From the NCBI GenBank assembly GCA_015232315.1, contig JADFZZ010000003.1:112194-144193 (forward strand): a DNA stretch of 32,000 nucleotides. Reading direction: 5' to 3'. Of the stretch, positions 17,117 to 26,000 are shown piece by piece. The position numbers were made by a program, and so were the translations under genes. Source of the stretch: SAR324 cluster bacterium. Lineage in GTDB: Bacteria > SAR324 > NAC60-12. Within the stretch, counting starts at the first letter, position 1. The number at the start of each line of letters is the position of its first letter. The notes below the pieces were generated by a model that saw only the letters and a list, made by a program, of their open reading frames with translations, had not been told where the DNA came from and ran no database searches.

Positions 17117-17635
17117 ATGAAAAGGTGCCTTCATTTTTTCATGATAGTTTTTCTTGGAATGACAACCCTTGCGGGATGCAGTGTGATGATCCGGTATCCC
17201 GAAGAAACGCCATCAAAAACAGTCATCACACAGCAACAACTCTTTCTTTTCTGGGGTCTCTCAGGAGGTACCAGTATCGAAGTTTATGAAAAATGTCCCT
17301 ATGGTCGGGTGTCCGATATTTCTGTTTTTTCCTCGGCGTCTCAAGTGATTCTGAGTGTTGTCACTCTTGGCATCTACACGCCCAGAACGATTGAAATCCA
17401 TTGTTCGGCAAAAACAGAGCCGTTTCCACCAATCCCTGAACGGGTACTGAATTTTGAACGTTCAGCTCCCGCAGGACAAAAGGATTCACAAACATCCTCG
17501 CAGGAAACAAACGGTTCCGCCGACATAAAGCCACCATCCCGGACAATGGATCAGAACTTGAATAACGCCATCCGAAAGAACCCGCAAAGCGACATCAAAC
17601 CGCTTCCACGGCCCAATGCGTTTGAAACCCATTGA
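17117..17635 (+). CDS. Bor-family-like lipoprotein with a polar C-terminal extension
   Basis: Lipobox LAGC. The core FLFWGLSGGTSIEVYEKCPYGRVSDISVFSSASQVILSVVTLGIYTPRTIEIHC matches the Bor/Iss pattern (FF.SG.GQ...C....V.....T......ITLGIYTP....V.C). About 70 extra residues rich in P, S, Q and N follow. Confidence 0.65.
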   Translation: MKRCLHFFMIVFLGMTTLAGCSVMIRYPEETPSKTVITQQQLFLFWGLSGGTSIEVYEKCPYGRVSDISVFSSASQVILSVVTLGIYTPRTIEIHCSAKTEPFPPIPERVLNFERSAPAGQKDSQTSSQETNGSADIKPPSRTMDQNLNNAIRKNPQSDIKPLPRPNAFETH

Positions 17636-17714
17636 TGGATATAGCGTTTCAGAAATGTATTTTTGACACTGTTTGAGAATTAGCGGACGCAACGTTTTTT
17701 AGAATAAGAGGCAT

Positions 17715-18077
17715 ATGGCATTGATCATTGAAATTACACAGCAGACAGATCCGAATGTTCCAATTTTACATTTAGTTGGAAAATTTTTAGAAGAAGATAT
17801 CAAACACTTCAGAAATGAGATTCAGGTTTTTCTTGACGACAAAACTATAGCGGGAATTGTACTGGACTACTCTGATCTGCAATACATTGATTCAAGTGGC
17901 GTTGGAACCATGATTTCGATCTATCATCAACTGTCCAGGCGGGGTGCCAGATTGGCATTATTCGGCTTGAATAAAGATCTGCTGGAAATGTTTGAGATGG
18001 TTTTGATGCTGGACAAAATTTTAGCCATCTTTTCCACAGAACAGGACGCGATCAATTATATTGCTACCGGAAAGTAG
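17715..18077 (+). CDS. STAS-domain protein (anti-sigma-factor antagonist / SpoIIAA-like)
   Basis: 120 aa. The conserved segment is DYSDLQYIDSSGVGTMISIYHQLSRRGARLALFGLNKDLLEMFEMV, which contains the phosphorylatable DSSG serine motif. SD AAGAGG lies upstream of the ATG. Confidence 0.85.
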   Translation: MALIIEITQQTDPNVPILHLVGKFLEEDIKHFRNEIQVFLDDKTIAGIVLDYSDLQYIDSSGVGTMISIYHQLSRRGARLALFGLNKDLLEMFEMVLMLDKILAIFSTEQDAINYIATGK

Positions 18078-18143
18078 TCAGATCCATACATGAATGGAAA
18101 TGCCTGATGAATTTCGTTTCAACAAACTTCCTACAGATCCTTT

Positions 18144-20171
18144 ATGGACAACCAACAGAGCACAACTCATCTGTTTGATGAAAATGAGCAAATTCTGGAT
18201 TATTTAAAAAATTCCCGTTTGTTCACCCATTGGCCCAAAGACTTGCTGCTTCAGTTGGTTCCCCTCTCTGAATTCAGGAAATATTCCCCGCAAAGTACCA
18301 TTTTACAGGAAGGCGCCCCCAATGACCGTGTATATTTTCTGATTCGCGGGGAAGTGGATGTGGTTGCCGGGAATGAACACATTTTGTCCCTGAAACGTAA
18401 AGGGGATATCTTTGGTGAAATGAGCATCATTAGTCATAAAACTTGTGCGGCAACAGTCATTGCCCACACGATGGTAGACACCTTCAGCATCAAAGCCAAT
18501 AATATTGGAGACATCACGGATTTTGATGCTTCAATCCTGCAAAACACCTTGTATCGGCTATTTGCGATGATCCTGACCGATAAATTGTCACTGACTACTG
18601 AAAAAGCCAAAAAGTTTGAGGAAACCAACAGACTACTGCACCGCAGTAACCTGCAACTAACAGAGGAAATTCAGGAACGCCAGCATGCTGAGAAACAACT
18701 GGAACAAAGCAATCAGCATCTTCACGAGGAAATTGATCGAAGAAAAAACACAGAACAACAATTAAGGATTGCCAAACACGAAGCCGAATCAGCTAATAGA
18801 AGTAAATCAATGTTTCTTGCCAACATGAGTCATGAAATCCGGACTCCGCTGAACACGATCACAGGCTTCAGTCAGTTGCTTCTGAACCAGGCTGAAAAGT
18901 ATCATCTCTCCGCTGAAGCCACTCAATATCTGGATGGCATCACACAAAGCGGTCATCATTTATCAGAACTGATCGGAAACATTCTGGATCTTTCAAAAAT
19001 TGAATCCGGAAAAATAGACATCGTGCTGGAATCAATCAATCTCCGACTCTTGATCCAGGGTATTTTTCACATCAACAAAGCACAGGCCCTAAAGAAAAAT
19101 ATCCAGTTGACTTATCATGTTGATCCAGCCCTGCCTGACTCCATCTATTCTGATCGCAACAAACTCCAGCAGATTTTAATGAATTTCACAGTCAACGCCA
19201 TTAAATTCACATCAGAAGGTAAATCTGTCAAAATCAACGCCCTCAGAGAACAACAGAACCTTCTGCTGAAGGTCATTGATGAAGGCATTGGCATTGCTCC
19301 GGAATTCCATTCGAAAATTTTTGAACCCTTTGAACAGGTCGATAATACCCAAAGCCGGAATTATAGTGGTACAGGACTTGGACTGACCATTGTGAAACAA
19401 CTTGTGGACATGCTGCAAGGAGAGATTGGTGTCAAAAGTGAGCTGGGCAAAGGTTCGGAGTTTTATGTCAAACTACCACTGAAAGAAGGTCACTCCAATC
19501 AGGACATTGCCTCAGATGAGAACTTACCACTAAATTTTCAGTTTGCGCCAGACAGTAAAATTCTGGTGGTAGAAGATAATCCACCCACTCGACAAATGAT
19601 GAACGCGTATTTTGAATCAAAGGGACTCCGGGCCATCATTGTAAAAAACGCATATGAATTTTTCCAGAAAATCGAAGAATTTGAACCTGAAGTGATTCTG
19701 ATGGATGTTCATATGCCCGGAATGGATGGCATCTCAGCAATCAGGAAACTGAAAGCATCACACAAACATGCTCATATTCCTGTCTTGGTACTTTCCGCAG
19801 ATGTTTTCAAGGAACAGCAAGATCAAGCGATTGCAGCCGGTGCTGCTGGATTTCTCGGGAAACCTTTACGAATGGACGTGTTGTTGCGGATGCTGTCAAA
19901 AATTTTAAGACAACAATCCGTGCCAATTCCCCTATCTCAAGCCAACTTGTTAACACCTGAGCTAAGAGGCCAGATCTTGGAGGAGTTTAAAAAATTGTCA
20001 TTGATGCCATTTTTTGATGAAGCTGAATTGATAGATCAACTCAACAAAATCAATAATATATGCCCGACTGAGCCTGCATGGTCTGCAACACTGGATAAAA
20101 TCATGAACAGCATCATTCACGGAAATGAACCTGAATTTCAGGCATTACTCAAGGAGTGGATGAATGATTAA
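18144..20171 (+). CDS. Hybrid sensor histidine kinase: cNMP-binding-like domain, coiled coil, HisKA, HATPase_c, REC, uncharacterised C-terminal ~100 aa
   Basis: The cNMP-like beta-barrel reads [12 protein letters not shown]...[21 protein letters not shown]. The H-box is [10 protein letters not shown] (His codon 18831-18833). Also present are an N-box (NAIKFT), G1 (DEGIGI) and G2 (GTGLGLTIV). REC motifs are ILVVEDN...[12 protein letters not shown]...LSAD...GKP. Confidence 0.9.
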   Translation: MDNQQSTTHLFDENEQILDYLKNSRLFTHWPKDLLLQLVPLSEFRKYSPQSTILQEGAPNDRVYFLIRGEVDVVAGNEHILSLKRKGDIFGEMSIISHKTCAATVIAHTMVDTFSIKANNIGDITDFDASILQNTLYRLFAMILTDKLSLTTEKAKKFEETNRLLHRSNLQLTEEIQERQHAEKQLEQSNQHLHEEIDRRKNTEQQLRIAKHEAESANRSKSMFLANMSHEIRTPLNTITGFSQLLLNQAEKYHLSAEATQYLDGITQSGHHLSELIGNILDLSKIESGKIDIVLESINLRLLIQGIFHINKAQALKKNIQLTYHVDPALPDSIYSDRNKLQQILMNFTVNAIKFTSEGKSVKINALREQQNLLLKVIDEGIGIAPEFHSKIFEPFEQVDNTQSRNYSGTGLGLTIVKQLVDMLQGEIGVKSELGKGSEFYVKLPLKEGHSNQDIASDENLPLNFQFAPDSKILVVEDNPPTRQMMNAYFESKGLRAIIVKNAYEFFQKIEEFEPEVILMDVHMPGMDGISAIRKLKASHKHAHIPVLVLSADVFKEQQDQAIAAGAAGFLGKPLRMDVLLRMLSKILRQQSVPIPLSQANLLTPELRGQILEEFKKLSLMPFFDEAELIDQLNKINNICPTEPAWSATLDKIMNSIIHGNEPEFQALLKEWMND

Positions 20172-22671
20172 TATTCTGATTGTGGATGATGACAGATTCT
20201 TTATACAGAATCTTCGGCAGCAGATTGCGGAATGTGGCTACAGTTCCAAATACGCGGTTAATCCCTCGTTTGTACTTCCCCTGCTGGAAAAAGAGACGTT
20301 TGATCTTATATTGATGGATATCAATATGCCAGAGATGGACGGCATCATGCTTCTCAAACAACTCAAGTCCCATCCCGTGTATAAAAGAATTCCCGTGATC
20401 ATGCTGACAATGGAAACGGATGACCAGTCCCTGGTGACCTGTTTGAATAACGGGGCGATGGATTATATAAACAAACCTGTTAACAAACTGGCACTGGAAG
20501 CACGAATCAATGCCGCACTACGCACCATAGAATACGAAACATGGCTGGAAAAAAAATATCATGAGGAATGGAAGCAACGTATTGATTTAACACGCAAGCT
20601 TCAGAAAAACGAAAAACTGATTCATCAGTGGGAGATTCTCCCCGGGGATATTCAGTCTTCATTGCAACAGACTCTGGATAATTTTGAAAACAATGCCGAT
20701 TTCGTAGATAAAGAACTCATTGCTGTCCTGATCCAGATGACCGGGCAATATGGCGACAATCTGTCCAATTTTTTAAAATTAAGCAGAAAACGGGATGCCC
20801 AGACCATTGAACAACGAAATGCCCGTGTTGCGCTTTTAAAGAATATTCCGTTGTTTCAATCGCTCAACGTATTTGATCTGGCCATTCTGTCTGAAAGAAT
20901 GGAAGCCCTTGACGCAACAGAAGATATGGAACTTCTGGTTCAGAATGCTCCTGCGGGGTGGGTCTATTTTATTGGTTCAGGAATAGCGGAAATCCTGGTC
21001 AATGGAGAAATAGTGGCACATCGAAAAGCGGGGGATTCCATTGGCGAAATGTCCTGTTTGCGATCAGAACCCAACGCTTCGGCCACTGTCCGTATGGTTG
21101 ATGCCGGCACTGTTTTCCGAATTGAACGAACAGCGTTCATGGAAGTGATAAACCGACTTCCACCATTATGGAAACGTGTCTTCATGGAGGCAACCAATCG
21201 ACTCAATCAGTTGTCACATCGTCTCAGTGAACTTTCACAGCATACCGCACAGGGGATTGTAAAAATTGATCCTCAAGGCAAAATCACGTCTGACTTTTCC
21301 TCTCCATGTATCAAGGTATTTGGTACCAAGTCACTGATCGGAAAAAATCTGGAGGATTTAATGTTTCCGGAAGATCCCATTGTGCAGGAAGGATGGCGGC
21401 AGGCATACCCTCTGTTTTTCGAAAATGCCCTGATGGATTATGAGATGCTGGCTGAAATGATGCCTCGTGAAACAGTGATTGTTCATGAGGGTGTCCCCAG
21501 GGAATACAAACTTTCCTATTATCCATGCCGAAACGCGGAAAAAATCCTCACCGGGATTGATATTGAAATTGAAGACATCACGGAAGAACGAAAATTATCC
21601 CGGGAAACGGAAGCTTTGAAAAGAGAGCAGTATATTGTGGAAAAAATCTATAACGATCCTGATTCCTACATGCAGATGCTACTTCTGATGGAAGACAACC
21701 TGACCATGCTGCGTCAATTTTCTGAAAAACTGACCTCAAACGCTATGGCACAACTCAAGGAGGACACGGTTGAACTCATGCGTCTGCTTCACACACTCAA
21801 AGGTGTCAGCAGTCTGTTTGGTCTGGATCGTGCCAAGGCGATCACGCACCAACTTGAAGAATTTCTTCGCTCCTCCATCAACTCCCCGAGCGTTCTGAAA
21901 ACCCAGTTGATCCAGGGTACTGTGGACTTGACCGCACAATGCGATTATGCACGGGAGTTGCTTGAAAAAATTGACCCTGATTTACGCAAACGATTGATAG
22001 GCGTTGTGTTTTCCAATGACGATTTCGCTGACTTGAAAAAATCCCTTCAGTCACGAGACTATGGACGTGTTGAAACACTGGTATTGAGTGCAGAAAAAGT
22101 CTCCCTGAAAAAACTGGCTCAACACTGGCCCGCTGAAATCCGTAAGCTGGAAACAGCCTTAGGAAAACAGGTTAAATTGATCATTGAAGGCGAAAATGTC
22201 CAGGTATCCCGAACACTGTTCCAGAAACTGGATGGACCGTTGGTGCATCTCCTGAGAAACTGCATGGATCATGGCCTTGAGACCGTGGAAGAACGACTTG
22301 AAAAAGGCAAGGATGAATGGGGACGTCTCACCTTGAAAATCAGTATGGTGAATGAATGGGTCACGCTGGAAATATCTGACGATGGCAACGGCATCAATTA
22401 TGAACGGATCCTGCAAAAAGCACAGAACCATCCTTCGCTGGACCAGACCGTGGTGCAACAACTGATTGACGAGAACACTGTGTGGAAAATTCTGTTTCTT
22501 CCGGGATTCAGCACAACGGAACAAGTCACTGATTTATCCGGTAGAGGGGTTGGGTTGGATGTCGTACAGAACACGATCAACGAACTGCATGGCAACATGC
22601 AGGTTGAAACCACCCCTGATCAGGGAACCAGTTTTATCCTGCGGTTTCCGCTGGCGCAGGACACTGCGTAA
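20164..22671 (+). CDS. Multidomain kinase: REC, cNMP-binding-like, PAS-like, Hpt, CheA-type HATPase (no CheW-like P5 domain)
   Basis: The start overlaps the upstream stop by 8 nt (ATGATTAA). REC motifs are ILIVDDD...[13 protein letters not shown]...INKP. The cNMP-like domain reads [20 protein letters not shown]. The Hpt motif is [13 protein letters not shown] (His codon 21790-21792). The CheA-like P4 region reads [47 protein letters not shown] and [24 protein letters not shown]. The ORF ends right after the ATPase domain. Confidence 0.9.
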   Translation: MINILIVDDDRFFIQNLRQQIAECGYSSKYAVNPSFVLPLLEKETFDLILMDINMPEMDGIMLLKQLKSHPVYKRIPVIMLTMETDDQSLVTCLNNGAMDYINKPVNKLALEARINAALRTIEYETWLEKKYHEEWKQRIDLTRKLQKNEKLIHQWEILPGDIQSSLQQTLDNFENNADFVDKELIAVLIQMTGQYGDNLSNFLKLSRKRDAQTIEQRNARVALLKNIPLFQSLNVFDLAILSERMEALDATEDMELLVQNAPAGWVYFIGSGIAEILVNGEIVAHRKAGDSIGEMSCLRSEPNASATVRMVDAGTVFRIERTAFMEVINRLPPLWKRVFMEATNRLNQLSHRLSELSQHTAQGIVKIDPQGKITSDFSSPCIKVFGTKSLIGKNLEDLMFPEDPIVQEGWRQAYPLFFENALMDYEMLAEMMPRETVIVHEGVPREYKLSYYPCRNAEKILTGIDIEIEDITEERKLSRETEALKREQYIVEKIYNDPDSYMQMLLLMEDNLTMLRQFSEKLTSNAMAQLKEDTVELMRLLHTLKGVSSLFGLDRAKAITHQLEEFLRSSINSPSVLKTQLIQGTVDLTAQCDYARELLEKIDPDLRKRLIGVVFSNDDFADLKKSLQSRDYGRVETLVLSAEKVSLKKLAQHWPAEIRKLETALGKQVKLIIEGENVQVSRTLFQKLDGPLVHLLRNCMDHGLETVEERLEKGKDEWGRLTLKISMVNEWVTLEISDDGNGINYERILQKAQNHPSLDQTVVQQLIDENTVWKILFLPGFSTTEQVTDLSGRGVGLDVVQNTINELHGNMQVETTPDQGTSFILRFPLAQDTA

Positions 22672-22722
22672 TACAGAGTCCTGCCGAGAAAATGCTGTGT
22701 TGCCTATCTTATCTAAACATCC

Positions 22723-22875
22723 ATGGGCCATAGTCAAATGGCACTGACTGTGGCACGTTCAGCCCGGAGCATTTTGGGGGCAAATGGAATCAGCAGCGAA
22801 TACCCGATCATGAGGCATTTGTGCAATCTGGAAACCGTGGTGACCTATGAAGGAATCTCATCGCTGGGATCGTAA
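22723..22875 (+). pseudogene. Remnant of the C-terminus of an acyl-CoA dehydrogenase (glutaryl-CoA-dehydrogenase-like)
   Basis: The roughly 50-codon frame reads [50 protein letters not shown]. The stretch [11 protein letters not shown].EYP..RH..NLE.V.TYEG is the conserved C-terminal helix region of ACADs. The upstream ~330 residues are absent, and homology stops after TYEG, where THDIH would be expected. Confidence 0.6.
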
Positions 22876-23011
22876 ACCTTCGATATGCCGCATAATTCCA
22901 AGAGTTATTTTGGAAAGATGTCTATTCTTTTGCCGTTCCTTACCAAAGGCTCGGGATAACAGTTAACGGTAACCCGGTTCTACCAATCATCCCTCAGCGG
23001 AAGGTCACGAA

Positions 23012-26000
23012 TTATTTGATATCCATGATAACGGCACCGTTCCAGTTTTCAGGCAGAATCCGGGCCTGTAACTGCTCACACTGCCGAATATGAAGCATGG
23101 CCGCCCGATCTTCAGGAAAGACCGACAGGGACTTCTCAAACATCTTGATCGCATCCCACCATTTTCGTTCATACCTCAAGAAGAGTCCTGCCGAAAAAAA
23201 TTGTCTGGTCTCGTTTTTCATTTCCAGAATATGTGGCGGATCGTGATTGAACACTTCATAAATACCTGTGGCTTCTGTTTTTCCTTTCACCTGGATCCAG
23301 TCCAGTTCCCTGAAACACAGATGTTTTTGTTCCATCATCAGATAGCGGACCGTCCGACTGACAATAATAGACGCTCCGTAATATTTGGTGAGTCCTTCCA
23401 TGCGTGCGGCGATGTTGACCGTATCTCCGACGACCGTTGAATCCATTCTGTCCTGTCCTCCCACAGTTCCAATCACCACGGGCCCCCGGTGCAGTCCAAT
23501 GCCAATACGAACCGGAGAATATCCGACAGACTCGCGATGCTGGTTGTAGAGTTGCACAGCCTGTTGCATCGCAATGGCGGCATTCACAGCGTTCAGCGTG
23601 CTGTTGACAGGATCCTTTTCCGGATAGTCAAACAAGGCCATGATGGCATCACCGATGAATTTGTCGATGAAGCCATAATTGTCATGAATGGCATTGTTCA
23701 TCCGTTTAAAATAGGCATTGAGGAAATTCAGCAATTCCTGGGGGGTCAAGGTTTCAGAAAAAGAGGTGAAATCACGAATATCAGAAAATAAAATCGAAAG
23801 CTCTTCACTTTCCGCATTACCCAGTTGAATGTTTTCCATCCCATCCACGGCCAGCCGTTTCAAAAATTGACGGGGCACAAATTTTTCAAAAGTGCGGGTC
23901 ATGGCCGCGATTTTTTCAGTGCCTGCCAACTGGATCTGCGTGGTCTTCAATTCCTGATAAAGATGGGCATTATGAATGGCGATCGCGACTTGCGGGACAT
24001 AGCGTTCAATTCGTTGAAGGTCGCTTTCATTGAGTTCAAACGGGGTAATAGTCTGCACAAAAACCATGACGCCAATCACTTCCTGCTGGACTGAAATGGG
24101 AACCAGCAGGTAGGCCTTGACAGGATGAATATCATACATCTGTTTATCAATGGGGAAAAAATAATCACTCAATGTCGGTGTGATTGGAGAAATATATTTG
24201 GTTTCCTTGTCCAGAATAGTGTTGGCGATATAACTGGTGTACTGTTCCAGGGGAATCGAAATTTGACGGATCATCTCAGCCTGTTCCCGGGAATAGGCCC
24301 CTTTGCCATAGTAATCGGCGAGACGAATTGTTTTTTTGTCAGGCTCAACCAGAAAAATGCCGAGTTGATTAAAATCCAGAATGGTTTGCAGGCCCTCCAT
24401 AACAGCGTCCATGACATCCCTCAGATTGAGGGTGGAACTGACCATTTTCAGGACCTGATTCATGTGCTCGAGTTCCAGTTCATGCTGATGAGACTGTTCG
24501 TACAGCGTCATAACCTGTTTCTGTGCCTGTTCCAGGTCACGGGTCCGTTCCTCAACCATGTGTTCCAGTCCCTCAAGGAGTCTGGTGTTTTCAATATGGG
24601 CCCCTAAACCAAAGCCAATTTGTGCTAAAAAGTTTTTTTCGGCATCCGAGTAATAATTGCCATTCAATTTCTCACCAAGCAACATCAGCGCACAAATCGT
24701 TTCCTGATAAAATACAGGCACGATCAGCCAGGCATTGCGCATCTGGTCAGCGCCACTGGCAGGATGTGTCAGTAGCCATTCCTCCCATTCCTCCTGCTGG
24801 ATCAAATGTCGATCTTCCATGAATTCAAGCAGGGCATGATCGGCTGGAATGGAGCACCATTCCTCTGAAGTGGTGCTGGTTGAGCCAAAAAAGACATGTT
24901 CCGCATGGGTGTGTTGCCAGCCGGTGTAAGCCTGTTGTTTCGCGTCAAATACCAGAAATGATAATTGCCGGGTCGATAATAAGCGCCCCAGGTGATTGGC
25001 CAGGACTGAACCCAGCTCCTTGAGCGACCGGGACTGTGATAATTCCTGGTTGAGTTTGGGAATTTTATGCCGGATGTGATCAGGTCCCTGCCAGAATAAT
25101 TTGAGAAGCATGTTCAGAACATGAAAAATAACTTTGTAGCCAAGTATAACCATGGCCATGACCACCCAATAGGCCAACACCCCCCAATTGGTTGGAAAAA
25201 CAAGTTTGAGGCTGACGCCCAGGAGTCCCAGGGCGCTGAGCGTTGCAGACCACAGCACAATTTTTCTGCTGATCTGTAGAGCGTTTTGCAGATTATGGCG
25301 GAACAGCCCATAGGCAATGAACAAAAACGGGATGAAAATCAAACTGCCCAGCGGATAAATCTGATAACCCACCGTGCCGGGGATATTTCCCAATGTGAAC
25401 ACGCCAGCTCCCAGGGTTCCCGGAAAAATCCATTGGGAACCAACACTTGCCTCCGTCACCTTCATTGTGTGGTATTTCCGATAAATCAGCCATGCGGCGA
25501 GTGGCGTATAAACCAGCCAGCCCAGACACATGAATAAAAAGGCGATATTTCCTTGTGGGTACCACCCCCAGGGCATTTTAACCGAAGTGCCGAAATACCA
25601 ACTGGTTTGGGTCAGCGGTAGCATGATGAGGCCTGCGAGATAGGCACCTTTCCAGAGCCAGCGATGAGTGGTTATTCTAAAAACAATGAATAAAAAATGC
25701 AGTGTCAGCCCCAGAATCAACACCAGAAAAAAGTGACTCAGCCGACTGAGCGTCAATGCCTGTTCCGCGGAATTTACCATATTGTTCAGGAAAATTTCGG
25801 TATTAAGAAATGCGTAAATCGTACAGATGATGCTGAAAATTTGTGATGTTTGGGTGTGCTGTCCCAGGTAAAGCGCCAGTATCGACAGCAATCCACAAAT
25901 CAGTACTGAAATGAAGGGGGGCAGGACATACCAGTTTAAATGAGTCAGCATGTGTTGCCAGGAGTGTTCACGGACAACCCACAAAATAATGAAGAACAGT

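Noticed and set aside
16832-17134. Minus-strand 100-aa ORF overlapping the small membrane ORF and the Bor-like gene start
   Set aside because: It conflicts with two plus-strand ORFs that have SD sequences and signal or TM features. It has no RBS of its own.
17117-17635. The Bor-like gene as evidence of a prophage
   Set aside because: The window contains no integrase, capsid, terminase, tail or lysis genes and no att-like repeats. The neighbours are envelope and signalling genes.
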